NCBI RefSeq assembly: GCF_009914755.1
Contig: NC_060926.1
Length of the DNA: 64,000 bases
Reading direction: 5' to 3' (one strand)
Source of the DNA: the human T2T-CHM13v2.0 reference genome, Homo sapiens
Positions 46,244 through 58,355 of the stretch are shown piece by piece. Within the stretch, counting starts at the first letter, position 1, and each line of letters begins with the position of its first letter. Under the pieces are notes generated by a model. It was not told the DNA's origin. It worked only from the letters and a program-made list of their open reading frames with translations, and ran no database searches. The translations under genes were made by a program, and so were the position numbers.

Positions 46244-47202
46244 TACTTATTTCTTTCCACACGCTCTGAAGGACACCGTGTTAAAAGGACACAGTGTTAA
46301 ATGTTATTTTTAACACTGAGGCTGGAAGGCCACATCACTGTCCCTCACAAATACTTCAAACAGTTGTCTTCAAGATCTTACGGTTCTTTGCCTGACTTTT
46401 TTTTTTTTTTTTTTTTTTTTGATACCGCGAAGAACAGTTGGGATGAAAGGGATCCATCCATTGCTTCCTTTAAGATGGCCTCTAGGCAGTGGGTTTTCTG
46501 TAAGTCTGGCACAAATTCTGGAGCCAATCTCTGGCAAGGCAGAGTGCTAGGCGAGGTCTAGGGACCCAGGGTCTGCGCTTGAAGCCTCCCGCTCACTGGA
46601 AATTATTGACTTCCAGAGATACATACATTTTTTTTAATTTAAAGGGGAGGTGCACAGCACACCTTCCTCCACTGGGAGAAAGGGGGCCCAATTCCCACTC
46701 CCCCAAACACACACAAGTACACACTGACTAAGGCACAGCTAGGGCGGGGGCGGGCAGAAGGCCCCTTGGGAGGACGTGGCGCCACAGCTGCAATGGGTGT
46801 GGGGGTGTGGAGCTCATCACCGCTGGAGGTGCTTGGGGGCAGGAGAAGAAAAGCCTCAGGGCTCCCCAGGAAATAGGAGAAGATGGTCGGGAAATAGGCA
46901 GATAAGAAAACCAACAGGAAACCTAGAAAAGAATTGAGAGGAAAGAAACAAAAGAGAGAGTGGAAAAAGAGAAACGGGTGAAAACAGGTTGTGGGCAACA
47001 GAACAAAACAAGAAGGAAACAGCAGAGGAAAGGGAAGAACATACATCAGAGAACTGGGAAAGTGCGATGAATTGGGAAGGAAAGAAAAGGGGAGGAGGGG
47101 AGATAGGGAAGAGGAAAACCCAGGAAATGAATACTCAATAAAGAAAACTCAGCGGGGGCAGGATGAAGAGGTTGGAGAGGCAAACGGGGCCCTTTGGGAG
47201 TC

Positions 47203-48153
47203 TTAGACCTTGACAAAAACCAGGTGGGCAGAGTACACCAGGTCGCCCACATAGGCCAGCAAGTTGACGGCCGTCAGGTTGGTCACAGCCAGTCGGCGGT
47301 CCCAGATACACACAAGGTAGGGGTTTCTGTCGCTGCAGCTCACATCTCTCGTCTGCCAGGGCTGGACACCATACTTCTCGTTGAACTGGTAGAGGGGCCA
47401 GAGGACAAGGGCAGTGGCATAGAGGAGGACGGACAGCAAGGCCAGCCCCAACAGGAAACTGGGGAAGCGGATGGGCAGCATGTTGGTGCAGTGCCCCAGG
47501 CTCAGCAGGATAGTGAGGGCCGCCAGGACGAAGCAGAGGGCGTACACCGCCACGCACCACTCCAGGGCCGGCCGGTTGTGGTACACGTAGGGGCTATTGA
47601 TGAACACGAAGATGAGGCAGGCCACGAAGGTCTCCAGCACCTTCAGCAGCCCCAGCTCGGAGGCCATGTAGTCAGTGATCTCGCCGGGCCGGGCCCGGGT
47701 CCAGGTTACTTCGGTGGCGTAAGCCACACAGGCGATGCCAGAGAAGACGATGGCGGCGATGGCGTGGTCGCGGGAACGGCCGTGGGACAGGAACTGCAAG
47801 TAGGTGGTGGGGTAGATGATGGAGGCCGAGAGGCACAAGAGGGCCGCATAGCAGGCAAAGGTGATGGGGAAGTTGCGCCAAAACAAGGGGAAGCGGGCCT
47901 GGGAGCCGCCCAGCTCCACGAGGAGGATGACCAGGGTCATGGCAAAGCAGAAACACTAGGTGAACATGGACCAGTTACCCATAGGCCCCTTCCAGGCGCC
48001 CACGCTGGCCACCAGTGACAAGGCCACGCAGGTGGACACCAGCTGCAGCAGGCGGAGGAGGCCCAGGGGCTGGATCAGGGCCCTAGAGGACCCTACGACG
48101 GTGGGGGACCGCATGGTGGTCGTGACGGTTGGGTGGGTAACAGTCACCGGCAT
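47203..48153 (-). pseudogene. MYADML: MYADM-like coding frame (tandem MARVEL membrane protein), 316 codons with one in-frame TAG at codon 66 (47956-47958)
   Basis: MPVTVT..QPLGLLRLLQLVSTCV..GNWSMFT*CFCFAMTLVILLVEL..RNFPITFACYAAL..WDRRLAV..SAHLVFVKV; ORFs 47956-48180 and 47203-47940 are in the same frame; start ATG at 48153 in GCCATG context. Confidence 0.93.
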
Positions 48154-48339
48154 GGCAGCAGTCCTGGCTGAGGAACTCACGGAGAAAAGGTCTGGCTGTG
48201 GAAACGGATTAAGTCACACGCCTGGAAAAGGCTGGGAACAGCGAGAGACAATGTCAGTGTCCACTGGGTCTGGGCTTCTCCCTCCCAGGACCCGCCACCC
48301 CGTGGAACAGGAACATAGCACCGAGCAGGGAAGAGACCT

Positions 48340-48571
48340 GGCCTTGACCCGGAGAAGTCCCGCCCCTCTCCTTCCACCAGTTCCACTACCTGTGTGGGCT
48401 GCGGCCCAGGAAACCCAGCGGAAGTGCACACCCCGGGCAGGCGTGGGCACGTGTGTGATGGTAACCCCGCTCTGGCAGGGGCCAGGGGGCAGGCAATGGT
48501 GGTGGCAGGGCCTGGGGCAGCACTGAGGGGCCAGCGGCCCAGCAAGGCCCGACTCTCTCTCCTTATAAAGG
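48340..48571 (-). promoter_or_regulatory. Candidate promoter region of the retrocopy
   Basis: GC/CpG-rich; GC box CCCGCCCC 48359-48366, ETS-type GCGGAAGTG 48418-48426, E-box CACGTG 48448-48453, TATA/CArG-like CCTTATAAAGG 48561-48571. Confidence 0.45.
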
Positions 48572-48590
48572 CTTCAAGTCAGCCTAACCA

Positions 48591-49498
<908 letters not shown>

Positions 49499-50005
49499 TG
49501 TTGTTGTTATTATTGATCTATGGCCAAGACTTGCTCCAGGAAAATCTGCAGTCATACATTCATTCTGTTGCTTGTCATTCTTTGAGGTCCACACCCAAAG
49601 CCTAGTCTCTAGGGGCCACAGGCTCTGGGGAAGTGGGGGGCTGAGAAGCCATGCACTCACCTTCACCCTTTCTTTGCATCTGCTTTGTGCAGCTCTACTC
49701 TCTCAGGCCATCTGCCCTTGGATGAATAAGTGCCCTGGCTCTCTTATAGACCCCAGTTTCAAAGTTCTTCATATTCATGTATTTGTTCATTCATTCATAA
49801 ATTCATTCATTTATGTACTTCCTCATTCAAAGCGATACTTAGAAATTAAATATACTGAAAAGTTTCCTGAGGCAGAAATAATTGTATTCAAGCATATAAA
49901 CACAACCACAGTTTCATTCTCTGCTGTTTTGAGAGTGAAAGCGTGTTTTTAAAAGAAGGAAAGACCTCAGAGAAAACTGCATGTTGATTGTGAGAGGCTG
50001 TGGAA

Positions 50006-50126
50006 GCAGTAAAGAAGCCAGCTAAAACCCACCAAAACCAAGATGGTGATGAGAGTGTCCTGGTCGTCCTCACTGCTACACTCCCACCCGTGCCATGATA
50101 GTTTACAAATGCTATGGAAACCCTCA
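50006..50126 (+). repeat. ~120-bp copy of the internal MER41 segment 49037-49156
   Basis: GCAGTAAAGAAGCC..CCCACCAAAACCAAGATGGTGATGAGAGTGTC..GTTTACAAA..ATGGAAACC at both sites. Confidence 0.9.
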
Positions 50127-51226
50127 CAGTCCAAACCATGTGTGGGAGCAGTTGCCTCATTGGGGTACTAGGAGATACCAGCAGCACCCGGACTCCAGAG
50201 CCAAGTCTCTGCCCAGCACATGGCAGACACTTGCTCGTGCTACTTCTCTTCACTGTATGTTTACATTAAACGAGCATCTGTGTTCATCACATTATTGGGC
50301 AGGTAGCCATGTTCAGTATACATTATTTGTTTGAAGGTGTGACCAGCTTACATGGGGTGAGAATTTCAGTTGAGTCATTGGGTTTGAAGTCCCAAGTAGA
50401 AAATGTTATTTCCATAGAGCAAAAGGATGAGGAATGTTTGTAAACTTGTATTTGTTGCTTTTGTACTACTGAGGCTGTTGCTCATTGATGTTCAGAAAAT
50501 CTAAGTCGGACTTTCAATATGGTCACTGAACTGGGTGCTGCAGGAAGTGACAGGCTGCTGCTAGTGTTACCCACATAATGCAAAGTTGCTGCAAAAGCTC
50601 CTCCAGTCCTTTTTATGTAAATTCTAGTGACTAAAGAGAACATCTGAAGGCCCTGGTTTACAAAAGATGCCCTTATTCACCAATGTTCTTTTTAAAAGAC
50701 ATTTGTATGAGAATACATTACTGACAATTATAACATGTTCAATTTGGTCAGTTTGCTTTTTTTTTTAAATGTATCTGATATTCACCTGCATTGCTGATTT
50801 TAAGAAGTGCTTTCATATATGTTGCCTTGATTTTGATGTCATGTTTCTATAGATCTCTGAGACACATCTTCTGTGTGCATTATATTGTCAAGCATTAGGA
50901 GTTTAGTTCTTATCTCTACCTTGAGGGACCAGAATGGACCTGTGATGCAGGAAGGATGCCTGCACACTGGCAGACTTATTGTAGTCAAGGATTTTGTATT
51001 GGAAAACCTTAAAAAATAATTTTCCTGGCTTTAAGATATAATAGATATTTACTGTAAAATGTTTGCAACTAGAAGAAGTTATAAAAAAGAAAATAAAATT
51101 ACAATCTGACTGTGTATGTAAACACACATAATTATTACCTCCCTTAACACCTCTTCCCTGGATCAATTTAACAAAATTATACTCTCTTTGCTTACTCAGC
51201 ATTATATTTGAAAATTTAACCATATC

Positions 51227-51347
51227 ATTATATATATATATGCATCTGCTTTGTGCAGCTTTTATATATATAATAATATATAATAAGTATATATATTATA
51301 TATATATAATTTTAATAAGTATATATATTATATATATATATAATATA

Positions 51348-51389
<42 letters not shown>

Positions 51390-51395
51390 TATATA
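51227..51395. repeat. Long (TA)n-rich low-complexity tract at an AluJ tail
   Basis: Interrupted TA repeats over ~170 bp. Confidence 0.95.
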
Positions 51396-51397
51396 CT

Positions 51398-51694
51398 TAG
51401 AGGCAGGGTCTTGGGTCTTGCCCTGTTTCTCAGGCTGGAGTGCAGCAGCACAATCATAGCTCATTGCAGCCGTGAACTCCTGGGCTCAAGCAGTCTTTCT
51501 GCCTCAGCCTCCCAAGTAGCTGAAACTACAGGGGTATGCCACCACGCCAAGCTAATTAAATAATGTTTTTGTTTTGTTTGTTTTGTTTTATTTGTTTTTA
51601 GAGACAAGCTCTTATTATGTTGCTCAGGCTGGTGTTGAACACCTGGCCTCAAATGCGCCTCCTGCCTCAGCCACCCATAGTGCTGTGCCTGGCT
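51398..51694 (-). mobile_element. AluJ
   Basis: CATTGCAGCCGTGAACTCCTGGGCTCAAGC. Confidence 0.85.
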
Positions 51695-52212
51695 CATCAT
51701 ACTTTTAAAAATAGTTATTTTTAGTGGTTGCATAACATTCTGTTCTTTGGATAGATAGTTTACCATCTGTCACTTATGTTTGGTCATTTCAATTGTTCCT
51801 AAGTTTTTTTGCAATTATTCACAATGTTATAAATAGAAAATAAGTGCTGGTATGATTTATAGATGGTACTAATAGTATTCTAAAATGTTGGTATTAATCT
51901 GGATTATGGCAAAATCCTAATCTGGATAATATTCCAACATGCTAATCCTAATCTGGATTGTGGACTCCTCCCAAGTCTATCTTTCCTGCCTGTCTTTGGT
52001 TCTGGCTCCCACATCACTTCTCTCATCTGCCTTTCCTTAACTTCAGGACATACTGGGTTCCAGTATGTCCTTAACTTTCCTTAACTTCAGGACATACTGG
52101 GTTCCAGCCCAGGCTCTGCCCCTCACAGTTAGTAGAAGGTTAGAAGTTTATGCATTATGACTAACTTTTGTGTTATGATTAATATGTAGCTTGGTTTGAA
52201 GTTTGTTCCTAA

Positions 52213-52559
<347 letters not shown>

Positions 52560-53277
52560 GTCATATTCTTAATTCAGTATTCTACTTCTTTGTTTAGTGA
52601 GCTACTCTTTAAGACCCAAAAAGGACCAGATAATACGGTAGAAAAAAGTACAAAACCTTTCAAGTGTATTCTCCTATATTCATGGTTACTTTCTGGAATA
52701 AATACTGAGAATAGTCCACCTCATTCCATGAAGTAGTTCTTATGATTTAAAAGAATCATAAAATAAAAGAAGAAAAAAAGACAAATCAAAATGGAATCAT
52801 GAAAAATAAATCCTGACTCAGATAAGAGTTTAAACCTAAGGGAAAGCTTTAGAACCACAGAAATGTGGCCCAGATGGCCCCAACGGTTATGAATGTTGAA
52901 CTTGAATTAGGCCCTGAACTGCTAGATCAAAATGAGAACGATGTTCTGTCCCATAATTCGCAATAATCTCAAACTGAAAACGTACCCTGCATTATGGGTT
53001 AAAGCAATTTGTGAAGCACAGAAATAGTTTTACCTTATTCAACCTATCCTTTAAATTTCGCTAAAGGCATCCTGGAATATTTTATGATTGTTCATGATTA
53101 AAGGCATCCTAGAATATTTTATGACTATCTTCCCACTGAGGCATACTCCATGAAAAACTGAAAAGTAAAACACAGAAATGGTGACCTCCGTTGTACATTC
53201 AAAATATCTATGGTTTGTTCATCTGGGTGTGATCTGAGACTCCAAACCTCTCTTTAAATATATGTATTCATTTTTGA

Positions 53278-53683
<406 letters not shown>

Positions 53684-53855
53684 ACACCCAGTCTTTTTGT
53701 AGGGTCTTGGGGATTAGGTGAAACCATCAAATGAGATCAAGAAAAAATAAGTACAGTTTATCAGATGATTTCAACACTTGGCTTGAGGAAAGAGGAATGC
53801 CAATAACCGCACTCCCAAAGTGTTGACCTAGTTTAGCTTTTGTGATTTCTGCGGT

Positions 53856-53996
53856 CATGGCTGCTTCCTGGGCATGTTACCTGTAAAGTTGCACTGAGCT
53901 CCCTGTGCCTGGCTTAGTGCTCTGCTCTCACCATCTTGAAATTCCTAATGCATTTTCATTATGGGCCGGGTTCTGCTAATTATGTAGCTAGTCCTG
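53856..53996 (+). mobile_element. MER45A
   Basis: GCTTAGTGCTCTGCTCTCACCATCTTGAAATTCCTAAT..AATTATGTAGCTAGTCCTG. Confidence 0.7.
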
Positions 53997-54479
53997 TTAG
54001 TGATACTTTTGAGATTAAAAACAATAGGATAATTTATGACTCGAGTAGTCCATGACTGACATGAGACAGTTGCTTGCTGTGAAAAAAATTCAGATTCTCA
54101 CCTGTCTCTGAGGTTCACAGGGTTGAAACATTTGCTAAAACAGTGAGAAACCTCCTGATTGAATAAAATTTCTAAAAGAATGGGAAAATACCAAACTGAA
54201 TAGTAATGAGCTGCTTTTGAATATTAAATTCCAGATAGATTTATTATGTTTACACAATTGTATGTTTAATATTTACTATATTCTTAAAGACTATAGGTTT
54301 GTTTTTGGCAATTGACATTTTAACCATATTGGAGTGGGGTCAAGGCTCCGGTAGAAATCTGTCAATAAATATGTAGTACCCTGTGGTTGTGTTTTGAACA
54401 TGAGCCCTTACTAAGTCTTCATAATAAGGGATATGAGGCCAGAAGGTGACATTCCAGCCTAGTGCAGACCTCATGGGAG

Positions 54480-54762
54480 TAGGGTTGCCAGATAAAATAT
54501 AGGACACTCAGCTAAATTTAAATAAACAACAAATAATTTCTTTAGTATAAGTATGTGCTAAATGTTGCATAATTATGTATGTGCTAAATAAAACTAAATA
54601 TACTAAATATAACACTTGAGACATTTATACTAAATATTATATAAATAAATATACTAAATGTAACATTTGCAACATAATATACTAAAAAATCATTAGTTGT
54701 TTGTCTGAAATTCAAATTTAACGGCATTTCCTTTATCATTACCTACTAAATCTGGTCATTCC
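54480..54762. mobile_element. MER53 palindromic MITE with expanded centre
   Basis: AGGGTTGCCAGATAAAATATAGGACAC..ATAAACAAC / GTTGTTTGTCTGAAATTCAAATTTAAC..ATCTGGTCA inverted arms. Confidence 0.75.
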
Positions 54763-55766
54763 ATTTGTGGAACAAGATAACCAAGAGAATTGTAGAAGAA
54801 GTTGCAGACTCGACTTGAACTTAGCGTCCCACTGCTTAGGGTCAAATGCTGGGTTATAGTGGGGAGATGTGAAAGTTAGGTAAGAGCCCACTGCACACTT
54901 GTTACACAGGTTGAATATCCCTTATCTGAAATGCTTGGGAGTAGATTGTTTTAGATTTTGGATAGTTTCAGATACTTGCATATATATTAATATAATGTGA
55001 TATCTTGGGGACAGGACCCAAGTCTAAACATAATGTTTGTTTATGTTTTATATGTATCATATATACATATCTTGAAGGTAATTTTATATAATATTTTAAA
55101 TAATTTTGTTCATGAAACAAAGTGTGTGTGCATCGATCCATCAGAATGCAACCCTTTTGGACAATATGTGGTTGTTTGGCCTCACCATAATTCCTGACTC
55201 TGAATTTATATGCTACTGATAAGCAATCATTTTCTCACACTTATTCACATATAAGTACTTAACCATAAAAAGTATGATATATCATTAATACAGTGAAAAA
55301 ATGTGTTCAGGGTAGGTAAGCAGCCCAGTAACATCACTAGAATACCAGTAATCTGCTATTAAAAATCAGCAATAACAAGTGACAGGCTTTCAGTCTCCAC
55401 CTATGATGCTATGTTTTGATTAAATGGTTACTATGTACTGGTTTTTTTTCTTTGTAAGAGGAAACATCAGAAGCACTTGAAAGACCAGGAAGTGAGTCCT
55501 CTAGGGATGAGAAGGCATTCTGCTGGATGTCTTTTTAAAAATATTCCTCCAAAGTCATCTGCCTCATTAACAACATTTTTGTCTTGAAAGTCTCCTTTGA
55601 TTTTACGAACTGACATTATTTCTTGTTGTGTTATGAACAAACACTGCTCTAGTCCTTCAATAAGCCCATCACACATTTTCACCATGTTGTCTATAGGCAC
55701 CTTTTCTGCAGTGTTAATGTAATCTTCATCATCACTGTTATGATCACTTGATTCAAAACTATTTCA

Positions 55767-56066
55767 GGCCAGGCGTGGTGACTCATGCCTGTAATCTCAG
55801 CACTTTGGAAGGCTGAGGTGGACAGATCACCTGAGGTCAGGAGTTCAAGACCAGCCTGGCCAACATGGCAAAACCCGGACTCTACTAAAAATACAAAAAG
55901 TAGCTGGGCGTGGTGGTGGCCGCCTGTAATTCCAGCTACTCAGGAGGCAGAGGCAGGAGAATCACTTGAACCCAGGAGGTGGAGGTTGCAGCGAGCCGAG
56001 ATCACACCACTGTACTCTAGCCTGGGTGAGAGTGAGACTCTGTCACCAAAAAAAACCAAGAGAAAA
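55767..56066 (+). mobile_element. AluSx
   Basis: TSD AAAACTA(T/A)TTCA. Confidence 0.9.
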
Positions 56067-56086
56067 CCCCAAAACTAATTCAGTTA

Positions 56087-56485
<399 letters not shown>

Positions 56486-57547
56486 TCACTGACACACTGT
56501 GAGGGTCTATTTTTTGCATATGTAAGGAGGATAGACATTATTTTATCTCACTTGACATATAGGATCCTTCAAAATCACCACCTTGTTCATCATTATCACT
56601 GAACATAGCTGCAGGCCAGAGGTTGTGCCAGGTATGCACAACTGTGTCTTCAGTTAGAACTATGTTCCAACAGTTGGCAATAGCATACATGGCATCCTTC
56701 ATGCTAAACTCCTTTTGAAAACCTTCCACATTCATGCCTCTGTTCACTGCTGCTAGCATGCTGTTCAAGAAAGTGTTTTTATATTTACTCTTTATTGATT
56801 TAAGGATACCCTGGTCACATGACTGAATGAGTGAAGTAACATTTGGGGAAAAGTACATGGCATACACAGTGTTTTTTGATGAGAATTTCAGCTGGAGGAT
56901 GAACAGAGCAGTTGTCAAGGAATAACAGTCTCGTAGTTGTCATTTACTCCAGCTTCCCTGTAGTGAGCACCAGCAAAATGTTTGTAAAACCAATCAGAAA
57001 AGATGTCCCTGGCGATCCATGCTTTTTTGCTAGTGTAAAAATGGGCTGGTGAGAAATTCACTCTTCAAAAACAATGAGAATGCAAGCTTTTGCCTAACAG
57101 CAAGTTTGCACTTATGTGTGCCTGCTGCATTAGTACATCCCAGCACAGTTATTCTATTGTTGGCATCCTTAATTCCTCTATTGACTATCTCCTCAAGTGT
57201 AGTCAAGTGTCTTTCTGGGGCAATAATGCCAAAATGGTGATGTTTCATCAACACTATAGACTTGTTTTGGTGTCAGATTTTCATCAGCAACAACCTTGGC
57301 AAACTCATCAATTAATTTTTCTGCTGCTTTGTAATCAGCAGATGCTTAATCACCACAAACTGAAAAAAATTTTGCCATGCTTTTTCTTAAATTTCAGCAA
57401 CCAGCTCATTGAATATTCACAGTTCCTTCCATTTTCACTTCATCATGACAGATCTTTGTTTCATGATCAACATACCATTAAGTGGCATGTGTTCACTGCA
57501 ACACTGATGGATTCAAGACACGATTGAGAACTTCATTTATCTGTAGC

Positions 57548-57854
57548 TTTTTTTTTTTTTTTTTTTTTGGAGACAGATTCTTGCTCTGTCACCCAGGCTG
57601 GAGTGCAGTGACGCGATCTCGGCTCACTGCAACCTCCACCTCTGACTCCCGGGTTCAAGTGATTCTCCTGCCTCAGCCTCCCGAGATGGGATTACAGACG
57701 CCTGCCACCACGCCTGGGTAATTTTTGTATTTTTAGTAGAGACAGTGTTTTGCCATATTGGTCAGGCTGGTCTTGAACCCCTGACCTCAGGTGATCTGCC
57801 TGCCTCGGCCTCCCAAAGTGCTGGGATTACAGACGTGAGCCACCATGACCAGCC
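57548..57854 (-). mobile_element. AluS without TSD
   Basis: Full-length antisense Alu with dissimilar flanks. Confidence 0.88.
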
Positions 57855-57855
57855 G

Positions 57856-57918
57856 AGGTATTTGCTTTATTGGGGTGGTCTGGAATGGAACCCTCATAAA
57901 CTTAGAAATATGCCTGTA
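57856..57918 (+). mobile_element. Tigger1 terminal fragment
   Basis: GCTTTATTGGGGTGGTCTGGAATGGAACCC..AATATGCCTG followed by TA. Confidence 0.65.
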
Positions 57919-58139
57919 CTATGTGCTGGTAACTGTGTTAATGTGCTTTGCTTGATTAATTTAATTTTATTATCACAACAATATTATGAGAGAAAAACTA
58001 ATATTAACCTATCTTAAAAGATGATAAAAAGGGTCCCTACTGCAAAATTGTAATATAATACCATAGAAATTCACCTTTTTAAAAGTATATAATTCAGTGA
58101 TTTTTGGTATATTCACAAGGTTATGCAACCATTCCCATG

Positions 58140-58355
58140 ATATATTTTTATTTTTTAAATTTTAATAATATATTTTATTTAACAAAATATACCCAAAACA
58201 TTGTAATTTCAGTATGCAATCAATAGAAAAATTATTGAGATATTTTTTATTCTTTTGTCATACTAAATATGGTATATATTTCACACTTAAAAGACATCTC
58301 AAATGCTCAATAGCCACATATATCTACTGGCTACTCTACTAGCATAGCATTAGAG
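58140..58355. mobile_element. MER33-like hAT fragment
   Basis: TTTAATAATATATTTTATTTAAC..CAAATGCTCAATAGCCACAT..TGGCTAC. Confidence 0.65.

Noticed and set aside
46398-46420. Poly-T run as the retrocopy poly(A) tail
   Set aside because: MYADM-like UTR sequence appears to continue to ~45120, so this is probably an internal A-run.
47194-48526. Long + strand ORFs (274 aa at 47194-48018, 188 aa at 47960-48526)
   Set aside because: Antisense shadows of a GC-rich coding frame; no recognisable protein.
56538-57254. Domesticated TIGD/JRK-like transposase gene
   Set aside because: Fragmented by stops, frameshifts and Alus, and the N-terminal part is missing.
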